Shown one piece after another: positions 38,800-48,788 of a stretch of 64,000 nucleotides of DNA (within the stretch, counting starts at the first letter, position 1; the number at the start of each line of letters is the position of its first letter). The stretch comes from a virus: positions 74,901 to 138,900 of IMG/VR virus record IMGVR_UViG_3300031746_000002. One strand, written 5' to 3'. The notes beneath the pieces are model-generated. The model had not been told where the DNA came from. It searched no databases and was given only the letters and a program-made list of their open reading frames with translations. Made by a program: the position numbers and the translations under genes.

Positions 38800-41253
38800 A
38801 TGCTGAAATCGGGATATAATCAAGGCGTAGGCTTTTACAGGCAAGCAGAACTTCAAATCATATCTACACTCACTAAGCAAGGCGACTGGCAAAACTTCTT
38901 AAATAAAGAATCATCCTTCTTAAAAAAAGCTGCATTTGAATACGACCCAGAAAATTTCTTATACTTTAGAGCTAGAGCAATTTCAGGCGGAGAGAAACAT
39001 GGCCCAAATGGTAATGGAGATTATTTTCCGTGGAAAGAATTACTCGCCTCATACGATACCTTTATAGGAAAAGGTTTCTACTTAGATCACAAATCAGATA
39101 ATATAGAGAATGCAAAAGGAATTATTCTTGATGCATTTCCTGTGGAACCAGATGAATATATTGAATGCTTAGTTGCTGTTGATAGAAAATTAGCTCCAGA
39201 TGTTTGTAGGCAAATCGAATCAGGAATTCTTAATGCAGTATCAATGGGTTGTTTGGCACAATCTGCTGAATGCTGCATTTGTCATAATGTAGCTCATAAT
39301 GAAGCACAACTTTGCGATCATATGAGACCAGGTCATGCTGCTTATGTTAAAGGTAGAGAATATTCAGGGCAAGTAAAAGCTGATATGAAATTGTGGCAAG
39401 ATAAAACAGCATTTGAAATAAATAAACAAATCATATTTACAGAGTTAAGTGGAGTAACAACTGGTGCAGATAAAGGTGCTCATATATTTGAAATTATAGC
39501 AGCAGAGTTAAAAGAAAAAGTAGAGCAGCTATTAAATCATTTCAAACGATATCAAGCATTAAAACAAGGAGTTGATATGGATAAGAAAACTATAAGTGAA
39601 GCTAAGCTGAAAATGCTTGCAGAAATATTAAATGTATTTGAAGAAAAGCAGAAAGGTGCTACATCAGAGGAAATGATAAAAGCACTTGGTTCGCTTAAAG
39701 AAGAAATAGCTGGAAAGCTGGGTACACTTGATAAACAGATAGAGGATTTTGTCATTGCAAAGTTTGATGAGATACTTAATGATGAAGATCAAGGCGAAGG
39801 CCCAATAATTAATGAAGCTATAGGAACTATTGACCCAGCCAAAGCTGCGACAACTGGCGATGCGGCTGCATCTGTAGTAGTTGACCCAGCCGGTAAGACT
39901 CAAGCAGAGCTTGATAAGGATGCAATATCTGAAGAAGAAGTAAAGAATAAAGAAAAAGAAGACAAAGAAAAGAAAGTAAAAAAGATGAAAAAAGAAATGC
40001 CAAAGCTTAAATCATTAATTGAAAATATAGTAAGACGAATAGTGAAGGGCGAAGATATCGAGAGGCTAGAGAAAAAAGAAACCGAAACAGGAACTGAATT
40101 AGAAATAGCACTCGGTGATGGTTATGTCCTGAAACAATGCAAGGATGTACCCAAGTTATTAGCACAGCTTTTTGACAGAGACCAAGCGACTGGAGTATAC
40201 ATTGAATTGCTTGATCCCAAAGGCGAAATGTCAGAGGCTGATAAAGTTGTACATTACAGAAAAAGATTAATGTTAGAAGTACCAGCAGTACAATCTGAAT
40301 TAAAGGAGGAAGCAGCAATGGAACAAAAAAATGCACATTTTAAAATTGATTATGAAGATGCACAGTCAGGGTCATTGAGGGATAACTATTTTGTAGCTTC
40401 AGAAAATGGAGAAGAGAAAAGGGTTAAGGCTACTTATATTATACCTTTAGATATCCAGAAAAAAATTGAAGCTAAAGAACTGGAAGATATAATTTCAGTT
40501 GAAGAAAGTATTGAGCAAATGACAAAAGAATGCGGCGGAACAATGGACGGTTTCAGACAGTTTGTGAAATCAGCCAAAAGGGAAGCATTTTCTAGGGCTG
40601 CAAAAGAACTAATAACTTCAGTCAACCCTGCAGAAATGCCAGCACCTCCAAAGAAACAATTTGGTAAGGTTACAAAGTCAGTCAATGAAGCTGAAGAAGC
40701 TGCTGATAAGAAAGACATACCAGGCACATCAGGTGGTTCAGCTGGTAAAAGGGTAAAGGATTTTTATAGCAGGCTGCCGAATGCTGGTCCTGGCGGAGAA
40801 GATATCGTTAAAGCTATTAATCCCCAGAGCGCTCTTCTTGTTGAAGAGAATAAGAAAATAGCAGCAGACCTTAAGAAATCACAGGATGATTTAGCTGCTA
40901 GAGAAGCAGAGCTTAACTCATTGAAACAAAAAGAAACAGTAAGAGCAAGTTCAGAAACAATAGCAATGGTATTAAATGAAATCAACCAGAAACTTGGCAT
41001 AGAAGTTGGCAAGGACAGGACCAAGATACTGGTAAATGCATTAGCCCAAATGGACCAGGATAACCTGTTAAAGGTGAAATCATTCATAGGGCTGCTGACA
41101 GACAAAGAGGTAAACGAAATCGAAATCGAAGAAGAGACAGGTAATCTACCTCAGATTACTGCAAGTGCAGAAGGATCTGCTGGGGTTGAAATGGTTGAAA
41201 ACCTCAAAGATGCAATGGTAGCAAGAGAAAAATCCAAGTATGTAAAGAAGTAA
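38800..41253 (+). CDS. Prohead protease fused to scaffold
   Basis: NGNGDYF, FYLDH (His), GIILDA, VSMGC (Ser), C..C..C.H Zn site, FTELS; acidic coiled-coil C-terminal region; upstream of the MCP. Confidence 0.8.
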   Translation: MLKSGYNQGVGFYRQAELQIISTLTKQGDWQNFLNKESSFLKKAAFEYDPENFLYFRARAISGGEKHGPNGNGDYFPWKELLASYDTFIGKGFYLDHKSDNIENAKGIILDAFPVEPDEYIECLVAVDRKLAPDVCRQIESGILNAVSMGCLAQSAECCICHNVAHNEAQLCDHMRPGHAAYVKGREYSGQVKADMKLWQDKTAFEINKQIIFTELSGVTTGADKGAHIFEIIAAELKEKVEQLLNHFKRYQALKQGVDMDKKTISEAKLKMLAEILNVFEEKQKGATSEEMIKALGSLKEEIAGKLGTLDKQIEDFVIAKFDEILNDEDQGEGPIINEAIGTIDPAKAATTGDAAASVVVDPAGKTQAELDKDAISEEEVKNKEKEDKEKKVKKMKKEMPKLKSLIENIVRRIVKGEDIERLEKKETETGTELEIALGDGYVLKQCKDVPKLLAQLFDRDQATGVYIELLDPKGEMSEADKVVHYRKRLMLEVPAVQSELKEEAAMEQKNAHFKIDYEDAQSGSLRDNYFVASENGEEKRVKATYIIPLDIQKKIEAKELEDIISVEESIEQMTKECGGTMDGFRQFVKSAKREAFSRAAKELITSVNPAEMPAPPKKQFGKVTKSVNEAEEAADKKDIPGTSGGSAGKRVKDFYSRLPNAGPGGEDIVKAINPQSALLVEENKKIAADLKKSQDDLAAREAELNSLKQKETVRASSETIAMVLNEINQKLGIEVGKDRTKILVNALAQMDQDNLLKVKSFIGLLTDKEVNEIEIEEETGNLPQITASAEGSAGVEMVENLKDAMVAREKSKYVKK

Positions 41254-41290
41254 GAAACACAAAAATCCAAGAAAGGGAGGATGTAAGAAC

Positions 41291-41800
41291 ATGGTTAATG
41301 TTGATAAAGACATTTTGAATGACCCGACAAAAACAGTGAAAGCAGGCGAAGCCATAACTTCCGGAATACCATTGACAATAAGCGCTGCAGTAGATGCGTA
41401 TATTGGCCAGCTGATACTTCCAGGAGCGGAATCAAGAATTTATGGTGTAGCTCTCTTTGATCAGAACGCATATAGGAATCAGGTGATGGACACAACTGGT
41501 GGACTGTATGGTTCAGGTAAAGGAACAGTAGAAATTCAAGGTATCGTTTCTATTGGTAGGACAGTGTATCATGACCCAGATGGTACTCCTCACAATGTAG
41601 ATGTATATGATGTAACAAAGACATTTGCTTATCTCGATCTCGTAGGGATAGCAATAGTCGATGGAGTTCCAGTAGTGACAAACGCGTACAGCGATGCAGA
41701 TACAATCTTCGGGTATGTTGTAGGTATTCCTGAAGATCATACAAAGGGTACACCGCTTCAAATTCTTTTAGTACCTAATGCGAATGAACCAACAGCATAA
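41291..41800 (+). CDS. Putative head decoration/cement protein
   Basis: 169 aa, beta-rich, between protease and MCP. Confidence 0.6.
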   Translation: MVNVDKDILNDPTKTVKAGEAITSGIPLTISAAVDAYIGQLILPGAESRIYGVALFDQNAYRNQVMDTTGGLYGSGKGTVEIQGIVSIGRTVYHDPDGTPHNVDVYDVTKTFAYLDLVGIAIVDGVPVVTNAYSDADTIFGYVVGIPEDHTKGTPLQILLVPNANEPTA

Positions 41801-41969
41801 AGTAAATACTTTACTCTTAGTTAAAGAGTTGAAGCAAAGAGTGTTACTCAATAATTTGAGTTAGATGACCACTCCCCCGATAAAAAGAAAAAACGATTAA
41901 CAGAGTTCGAATTACAGGAGTATGAAGTTGAAACAAAAAATCGTTATATGAAAGGGAGGAACAGAGGTC
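41801..41969 (+). promoter_or_regulatory. Structured leader upstream of the major capsid gene
   Basis: ACTCTT/AAGAGT, ACTCAA/TTGAGT and AACGATT/AATCGTT inverted repeats. Confidence 0.35.
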
Positions 41970-42923
41970 ATGTATACACAAAAACAAATCGATCAAATAA
42001 TTAACGGCATAGTCCAGTTGTCCGACTCAGTTCGTGGCGCTGGATTACAGAGGCAAGCAGGTTTAAGTTCAGTACCAGCTCCAGAACTAGAACAATGGTT
42101 CGAGCAGACATTTGATGGTCCAAACGGACTCAAGAGAATAGCGTATGCATTCAAAGAGCCGTTGAAGATAGTAATGGATTATCAGGGTGTAGGCAGGAGA
42201 ATACTGAAAGTTGACGACATGCCAGTAGGCGAAATCCCGGCGTATGATAAAGATATTCCGGAATTTGCAGCAGTCCGAATGGCACAGCGCGGCGCACCAC
42301 CGCAGGTTGAGTGGGAACTTGAAAGGCTTGCAATACCAACAACTAAAATCATGGTCAATGATAAAGTTGACTATGAAGAAATTCAAATCAGAAGGTACCC
42401 TGTATTTGACAGAGCAAAAGAAAGAACAGGTATCGCAATTGCAATAGCAGAAGACAGGGAAATATTCCAGCTTCTGGAAACAGCAGCACTTGTAGGACCC
42501 AATGATAGCATCGACATTGGTACTGACCCATTCTCAAAGACAGCATTTGCAGAAGCATTTGGTATAATCACTGGTAACCAGCTTGCAGCTGGAGCCATAC
42601 TGATGCATCCAAAAGATTATGCAGATATTTTGACATGGAACAGTACTGATCTTGACCAAGTAACGTTGAATGAAATAATTTCAACGGGAGCAGCAGGAAG
42701 CATATGGAATATGCCGTTCATAGTTTCAACAAAGATGCCAATAGGCGTAGCATATGCAGTTACAACGCCTGATAAGCTTGGTAGGATTCCTGAAAGGAAG
42801 CCAGTAGAACTGAAGATATTTGACTATGTTCCAAAGGCACATTATGCATTCATGGCTTGGGAACAGGTTGGATTTGGCTGCCATAACACGCAAGGTGTCG
42901 TCAAGATTTACAGATCAGCGTAA
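41970..42923 (+). CDS. Major capsid protein (HK97 fold)
   Basis: 317 aa; DYQGVGRR, IAIAEDREIF, ILMHP.DY.DI, WEQVGF...N..GV; followed by a strong terminator. Confidence 0.85.
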   Translation: MYTQKQIDQIINGIVQLSDSVRGAGLQRQAGLSSVPAPELEQWFEQTFDGPNGLKRIAYAFKEPLKIVMDYQGVGRRILKVDDMPVGEIPAYDKDIPEFAAVRMAQRGAPPQVEWELERLAIPTTKIMVNDKVDYEEIQIRRYPVFDRAKERTGIAIAIAEDREIFQLLETAALVGPNDSIDIGTDPFSKTAFAEAFGIITGNQLAAGAILMHPKDYADILTWNSTDLDQVTLNEIISTGAAGSIWNMPFIVSTKMPIGVAYAVTTPDKLGRIPERKPVELKIFDYVPKAHYAFMAWEQVGFGCHNTQGVVKIYRSA

Positions 42924-42953
42924 AAGATGGCCTGAGTAGTAAATAATATCAAT

Positions 42954-42989
42954 GTAGGAGAGGTAGTAAATCTACCTCTCCTACTTTTT
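42954..42989 (+). terminator. Rho-independent terminator
   Basis: 13-bp perfect stem GTAGGAGAGGTAG/CTACCTCTCCTAC + T5. Confidence 0.9.
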
Positions 42990-43064
42990 AAAATGAATAA
43001 CACAGGTAGTTACCTTTAATATAGTTTGCAAAGCAGTAAAATAGATAAAAGGAGGAACGAACAA

Positions 43065-43520
43065 ATGAAAGTAAAAACAACAAGAACAAAGGGATTTATT
43101 ATTCAAGGGACAGGCGGTTGGTCAATTCACCCTGGAGAAGTTAGAGTTATTAGTACAGTACAGCAGAAGAATCCTAAGTTTGAACATTTAATTGACATCG
43201 GAGCATTAGTAGTTGTATCAGAAAAAACACCAGTTGCAAAACCAGCAATAACTAAAGGAAAGAAAGATGTAGTTATTGGTAATGCAAAAGAAAGTAAAGA
43301 GTTTCAAACTGATGCAAAAGGTGCAGTAGTAGCCGGTGTTAATGATATACCAACAGGACCAAGAAAGAAAACAGTTGATGAATTAGCTAATGGACCTTCT
43401 CCTGATGATGATGAAGATGAAGGAACACCAGCTCCAAAAAATACGGAGGGTGCACTACCAAAAAAAGCGAAGGGCCCAAGGACTCCAACTTCAAGGAAAG
43501 TAAGAATAGCCCAGAAGTAA
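43065..43520 (+). CDS. Post-capsid protein, upstream frame
   Basis: AGGAGG SD before ATG 43065; low-complexity tail. Confidence 0.65.
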   Translation: MKVKTTRTKGFIIQGTGGWSIHPGEVRVISTVQQKNPKFEHLIDIGALVVVSEKTPVAKPAITKGKKDVVIGNAKESKEFQTDAKGAVVAGVNDIPTGPRKKTVDELANGPSPDDDEDEGTPAPKNTEGALPKKAKGPRTPTSRKVRIAQK

Positions 43521-43555
43521 TCTTTGAAGATGAAGATACTGGTGATGGGCCTTCA

Positions 43556-43861
43556 TTGATTGTTAATGGCGAAGAGAAAACTCTTGGAACTATCAGCAAA
43601 GAAATTGGCAACCAGATAAAACAATCAATTGACAAAGTAGACAATGATGCTATTGATATAGAGAAACATTATCAAGAGGTGAAGGCCCTAAAGCAGCCAA
43701 AAGGCAAAGTAAAAGAATTTTTAGATATGCCTTTGATGACACTTAAAACAGAAATAACAAAATGTAAAGATGTTAAGCTTCTAAAGAAAATAGCTGATGC
43801 AACAATTGATGATAATGTAATAAGCCTTTGCGACCAACGTATTAAAGAATTAAAACATTGA
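43556..43861 (+). CDS. Probable -1 frame continuation of the 43065 ORF
   Basis: No SD at TTG 43556; frame is open from 43421 across A-rich slippery sites. Confidence 0.55.
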   Translation: MIVNGEEKTLGTISKEIGNQIKQSIDKVDNDAIDIEKHYQEVKALKQPKGKVKEFLDMPLMTLKTEITKCKDVKLLKKIADATIDDNVISLCDQRIKELKH

Positions 43862-43880
43862 TGATAGGAGAAACGATAAA

Positions 43881-44357
43881 ATGAATCGAGATAATAACAT
43901 TATGCATTTCCGCGTTTATCGTCGGGAAAAAGGAAACATAGTTTTTTGTTGGAACAATGAAAAACTAACCGACGATCAGCGAAGTAACGTAGGTATTTTT
44001 GTTGAACAAAATGGTGAGTGGAAAGTAGTTATTCATCACTTAGTAGACTCATTACAATATCCAAGAATTGCAACAGAAAGTAAACAGATTATTGGAGCTG
44101 TAGTGAAGGAAAGTGAGAACCAACTAGTTTCTACGAAACCCTACGACTTCGTTCTAAGACTGGGGAAAAAAGAACCAGTAGAAGGGTACAAAACAGTTTT
44201 TCCAGAAAACGACTTGAAAGAGACTAGCGACGATAAAAAGAAAGATGTCCATTTAAGGTTATGGGACAGCAACGAAAAAGTCTGGAGAAAAGCTGAAGGC
44301 AAATTTAATAAGGACGGAAAATTTTGCCTACTTACACTGCCCAGCAACGAAGCGTAG
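43881..44357 (+). CDS. Hypothetical structural protein
   Basis: AGGAG SD; lies in the head block. Confidence 0.55.
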   Translation: MNRDNNIMHFRVYRREKGNIVFCWNNEKLTDDQRSNVGIFVEQNGEWKVVIHHLVDSLQYPRIATESKQIIGAVVKESENQLVSTKPYDFVLRLGKKEPVEGYKTVFPENDLKETSDDKKKDVHLRLWDSNEKVWRKAEGKFNKDGKFCLLTLPSNEA

Positions 44358-44404
44358 TTCTTCTATAGTCTAAAGTAATATGAATTAATGGAGGAACTAC
44401 CAAT

Positions 44405-45166
44405 ATGTCAACCAGAGTCAAGTGGCTCATCCCTGCTATCATCCAAGCAGATGTTCAATATAATAAAATAAGATTATTCCGTGCAAATACAGAACAGTCT
44501 GCACAAGAGGCTGGCGGTTATGAATTAAAGAAAACTGTTGATATTCAAACAGGTGGTGTTTATAATACATATGTAGATGATGACACAACAGATAATGGAA
44601 AGAATAAATATTATTACATCAGGTTTTTTAAATCAGTTCAAGTAGTTGAAAGCGATATATACCTTACATTCTTCGAAATCACCCCGCGAGAGTTACGAAT
44701 TATTAATCAAGCATACACATTCATGCCAACAAAACTTCAAGGAATACTAGTTCAAGAAGATTACAGAGCTGGTATAAAATTAGCAATTGATGCATTCAAT
44801 GTTGTTCCTCCTATAACACAATTCGATATTAATGGCTATCCTTATTATGGTTATGAAATATTTTTAGCACTGGGTACATGTGTATTTACAGTACTATATA
44901 AATATATGTATATAGCATTTAAAGATTTCCAATTTACTGATAGTGGATTATCATTTAATGTAGCACGCGGTGAAAAGATAAATACTGTTGTAGATAAATT
45001 AATGGGAATATATAATCCTTTATTAAAAGCAGCTAAGTTAGATCTGATGAGTGAAATTCAAATGGGCAGTGGATTAGGTACATTCCAGCTGCCTATTTCT
45101 ATGGGTGGGAGAATTTCAGCAGGACTATTAAATGTGCTTGACGTATTCACACATTTCAGTCAATAA
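44405..45166 (+). CDS. Putative head-tail adaptor/neck protein
   Basis: Position; AID.FN..PP.T.F and FQFTDSGLSF motifs; helical C-terminal half. Confidence 0.5.
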   Translation: MSTRVKWLIPAIIQADVQYNKIRLFRANTEQSAQEAGGYELKKTVDIQTGGVYNTYVDDDTTDNGKNKYYYIRFFKSVQVVESDIYLTFFEITPRELRIINQAYTFMPTKLQGILVQEDYRAGIKLAIDAFNVVPPITQFDINGYPYYGYEIFLALGTCVFTVLYKYMYIAFKDFQFTDSGLSFNVARGEKINTVVDKLMGIYNPLLKAAKLDLMSEIQMGSGLGTFQLPISMGGRISAGLLNVLDVFTHFSQ

Positions 45167-45177
45167 GGAGTACTAAG

Positions 45178-45564
45178 ATGGAATGGTTAAAAAAGATTGC
45201 TAAGGCAAAATATGAAAAGGACGACATTGTAATTCTTGATGATAAGACACAAGGAAAAATAGAAGATATACGATCTGAAAGAGTATGGCAAAAAGTTGTT
45301 TATGTCTATGATCTTAAAATACTCGATGGCCCAGATAAAGGAAAAAAATTGGAGAATGTAAATGAAAGAGCAATAGTTAAGAAAGCATCATTACATAAGA
45401 AAGCAGAAGAGACTGATGCTGAAAGAGCTTCAGGTATTATAATGCTCGCATTAGACAATTTTAGTGATGGAAAATTAAAAATTACAAAAAAGGGTCCTCA
45501 GATTTTAAAAGTTGAAACACCAGATGGGTTTAAATTTGAAATAAATATTGCATTAATATATTAA
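45178..45564 (+). CDS. WL-leader protein, two modules
   Basis: MEWLKKIA; ASLHKKA. Confidence 0.7.
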   Translation: MEWLKKIAKAKYEKDDIVILDDKTQGKIEDIRSERVWQKVVYVYDLKILDGPDKGKKLENVNERAIVKKASLHKKAEETDAERASGIIMLALDNFSDGKLKITKKGPQILKVETPDGFKFEINIALIY

Positions 45565-45573
45565 GGAGCTAAC

Positions 45574-45801
45574 ATGAACTGGTTAAATAGAAAGGCAATG
45601 CAAACTGTTACTGTAGAAATTTCATCTCATGAATTTAGTAAAATTATAACTAAATTACAAAAGCTTACTAATAAGCCAATTAATTTTGATAAGGCAATAA
45701 AAATCATTGTTCAAAATTTTCTTAATAAGCATTTTCAAATAGAACAATTTGATGAAACAGATATTCAATGGCTGAAAGATGATATAGATAAAATGGTATA
45801 A
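45574..45801 (+). CDS. WL-leader protein
   Basis: MNWLNRKA. Confidence 0.7.
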   Translation: MNWLNRKAMQTVTVEISSHEFSKIITKLQKLTNKPINFDKAIKIIVQNFLNKHFQIEQFDETDIQWLKDDIDKMV

Positions 45802-45811
45802 GGAGAATAAC

Positions 45812-46255
45812 ATGAAATGGTTAAAAATAGAATCTCAGCCAGAAGCATCAGTAATGTTAAATGAAAACCAATATAATCGCATTACAGATTTTATTGGTAA
45901 TTTAGCATTAACACTTAAACAGGATAAAGCTTGGGATAAATCAATTGAAGATGCAATTAATGAACTTAAGAAAAGACTGGACAAAAAAGTAGTTGTTACT
46001 GAGACTATTCAAAACAGTTTAAATAAAGAAGCAGCTGGTGAAAGAGCTAATGTTCTTAAAGCGCTTGAAAAGATGAAAGCATCGTTGGAAGATTTGTATG
46101 AACTTGGAAATGTGTTGGTTCCACAAATGAAAGAAATTGGGTTAGAGTATAATACAACAGATATGTTTCAAAAGCAGATAGTAAATGTAATAGGATTACG
46201 AATCATAGATATATTAGAAGATATTACTGAAGATGTACGACATCTAGAAATGTAA
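45812..46255 (+). CDS. WL-leader protein, two modules
   Basis: MKWLKIES; NSLNKEA. Confidence 0.7.
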   Translation: MKWLKIESQPEASVMLNENQYNRITDFIGNLALTLKQDKAWDKSIEDAINELKKRLDKKVVVTETIQNSLNKEAAGERANVLKALEKMKASLEDLYELGNVLVPQMKEIGLEYNTTDMFQKQIVNVIGLRIIDILEDITEDVRHLEM

Positions 46256-46263
46256 GGTATATA

Positions 46264-47625
46264 ATGAAATGGTTAGACAAGCAATCATCAATACTAGATT
46301 ATGGAAAGCCGGGACTAGACGAAGCAGTCTGGGACCCGACGAGTGATTTTAAACTATATCCAGAACATAAGATACAAATTCTTAAAAGACTCTATGATTA
46401 TTTAGAAGCAAATAAATATACACATCATAATGAATGGATATTAACAGGCAGAATAGTTGGTTCGTTAACAAGTTGGAGATATAGTTCATGGACAGACATT
46501 GACTGTCATTTCATTATAAGCTATGGTAAGTTTGGTGAAGTAGAACTTAATGGAACACATGATACAGAAACAATTCAAGAGTCATTGAATGAAATTCAGA
46601 AAAGTCTTAATCGACATAATGTTCCAACACTGGGAAATACACGGCATCCAATAGAATATTATTTTGAAAACCGTGATGACCTTACTGAAGCTGAATTAAA
46701 ACGGTTGAAACTTATAGCAGCAAAAGCAGTTGTTAAGGACGGTGAATATAATTTTGACCCAAAAGATTTTACAGTCAAGAATGATAAATGGACAGTGCCT
46801 GCAAGAAAGATAGATGTAGATTATGATTATGAAGAAATATATAAAAATCTTATTCCTGTTGTAGAAGAAACAATGGAAGAGTTTGATATTTCATTGGGTA
46901 AGATAGATAGGAAGATAACGCAGGTAGAATATTTGGATGATTCGCTTAAAGCATTTAGCAATGACCAAAAGAAGTTATTCAAAGAAAAGATAGAAAAGAA
47001 GCTTGATGAAATTGAAGCTGAAATTCATAATCTTATTAAAACAGGTGAAGCGGCCCATGAGAAAAACAAGGAAGAATTCTTAGCAGATGATTTTGAAGAA
47101 GGCGGAATAGGGAACCTCACATTTAAGTGCCTTCAGAAATATGGATATTATTATATTTTAGTTAAATTGAAAGAGCTGCTTGGAGAAGATAAAGAAGTAA
47201 CAATGGAAAATGTAGATGAGGTAAAAGATATCGTTGAAACAAGGAGGGAAAGCAAAATGGAATGGTTAAATATTAAAGCAGGCGGATTAAACCAAAAAAC
47301 AATAGACTCTGTTGATATAACAGATTTAGAAACAAAAGTTATGGGAATAGTTGGAACAGAAGTTAAATTTAAAAAATCTCTTAGCAATAAGGGAAATTTA
47401 GAACTTGAAAGTCAAGACTTAGTTAATAAAGCTGGTGTCATGAGTCCAGTTTTTAAAACATTGAAAATAGAAACATTCAATACAGAATACAGTGCTAAAG
47501 AAGATGTTATATGGATAACACTTGATTTTCGTTTTGAATTAAAAAATGGTGGGTCTAATGGTGTTCATTTATTAACAGCATGGTATAACTTTGATACTAA
47601 TGATTGGACATTCAGAGAGGAATAA
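46264..47625 (+). CDS. WL-leader Pol-beta-superfamily nucleotidyltransferase + second module
   Basis: MKWLDKQS; IVGSLTS..Y...TDIDCH, HPIEYY; internal SD + MEWLNIKA at 47257. Confidence 0.75.
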   Translation: MKWLDKQSSILDYGKPGLDEAVWDPTSDFKLYPEHKIQILKRLYDYLEANKYTHHNEWILTGRIVGSLTSWRYSSWTDIDCHFIISYGKFGEVELNGTHDTETIQESLNEIQKSLNRHNVPTLGNTRHPIEYYFENRDDLTEAELKRLKLIAAKAVVKDGEYNFDPKDFTVKNDKWTVPARKIDVDYDYEEIYKNLIPVVEETMEEFDISLGKIDRKITQVEYLDDSLKAFSNDQKKLFKEKIEKKLDEIEAEIHNLIKTGEAAHEKNKEEFLADDFEEGGIGNLTFKCLQKYGYYYILVKLKELLGEDKEVTMENVDEVKDIVETRRESKMEWLNIKAGGLNQKTIDSVDITDLETKVMGIVGTEVKFKKSLSNKGNLELESQDLVNKAGVMSPVFKTLKIETFNTEYSAKEDVIWITLDFRFELKNGGSNGVHLLTAWYNFDTNDWTFREE

Positions 47626-47626
47626 T

Positions 47627-48208
47627 ATGAACTGGTTAAACATCAAAGCAAAGAACGATATCCTTTATAAAATAACATTCGATGGTAAGGAATATTATAA
47701 ACGTGCAGATTCTGAAAGCCAAGCATTCAGATATTTCGTTGCATCAAAAATAAAAGAAAGTACTGATGGAATATTCTGGTTCAATCGAAATAGTTATAAT
47801 AAAGACATGATAGGATTAGCAGTTAAGAAACTTATGGAATCTGATGTCAAAATTGAGATTGTCAAGGAGGCGAGTATGAACTGGAATAAAAGAGAAGCAA
47901 ATGAACTAAGCAATAAAGAAATAAAAGATTGTATAAAGGCAATGAGTAAAGAAGAATTAGAAGAAAACCTTATTTATTTAGTTAATGAAATGAGTGATGA
48001 AGATACAAAAGAATTTTTAGGATTAGAAATGAAAGCTGTATTATTAAATAAAAAAGCAGACGAAGAGAAAAAGAAAATACATGTAGAAAAATTACAGGAA
48101 GATGCATATAATTGGTGGAACAACCTTGATGATGGTACAACACAAAAAATAATTACTGAATTATATATGAAAGAAAATAATATTACTGATAAAGATGTTG
48201 ACTGGTAA
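47627..48208 (+). CDS. WL-leader protein, three modules
   Basis: MNWLNIKA at 47627; internal MNWNKREA; LLNKKA. Confidence 0.7.
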   Translation: MNWLNIKAKNDILYKITFDGKEYYKRADSESQAFRYFVASKIKESTDGIFWFNRNSYNKDMIGLAVKKLMESDVKIEIVKEASMNWNKREANELSNKEIKDCIKAMSKEELEENLIYLVNEMSDEDTKEFLGLEMKAVLLNKKADEEKKKIHVEKLQEDAYNWWNNLDDGTTQKIITELYMKENNITDKDVDW

Positions 48209-48219
48209 AGGAGATTAAC

Positions 48220-48777
48220 ATGAAATGGTTAAAGATAAATGCAGATGTTACACCTTCACAAGTCTTTGATGAACTAACAGCAGACATGATTGAGGGAATA
48301 ATTAAGTATCATGAAAGATGGTACAAAAAAGAAGAACCAATTAAAATGGAAACAGTTGATAAATATATATTAGGTTATATGGGTGATATAAAATCTGCTG
48401 TAGTTGAAGGGTTAAAAAAGAAGGGAATTAAAATTGAGGGAGGTTTGAATATGAATTGGAATAAAAGAGAAGCACAGGAAAAAACAGTGTATTCAAAAAT
48501 AATTGATATATTTGGAAGGGAAGCAAAAGTTATAGCTTTTTATTATCCTGATGAGTTGAAAGATATGACTCGTATTCATGCACGTATTGATTGCAGAATA
48601 GATACACCCAAAGAACAATATGCATCACAGACTATAGTTCTATATACTATCCCTGTAATAATAATTACAAAAGATACTGAAGTAAGGAAGAATTATTTTG
48701 AAAAAGGATATAAAGTTTTTGAAATTATTGAACAGGCTGAAAAATACATAACAGATTTTGCAGAAGGACTTGAATAA
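48220..48777 (+). CDS. WL-leader protein, two modules
   Basis: MKWLKINA; internal SD + MNWNKREA at 48451. Confidence 0.7.
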   Translation: MKWLKINADVTPSQVFDELTADMIEGIIKYHERWYKKEEPIKMETVDKYILGYMGDIKSAVVEGLKKKGIKIEGGLNMNWNKREAQEKTVYSKIIDIFGREAKVIAFYYPDELKDMTRIHARIDCRIDTPKEQYASQTIVLYTIPVIIITKDTEVRKNYFEKGYKVFEIIEQAEKYITDFAEGLE

Positions 48778-48788
48778 AGGGAGGAATA

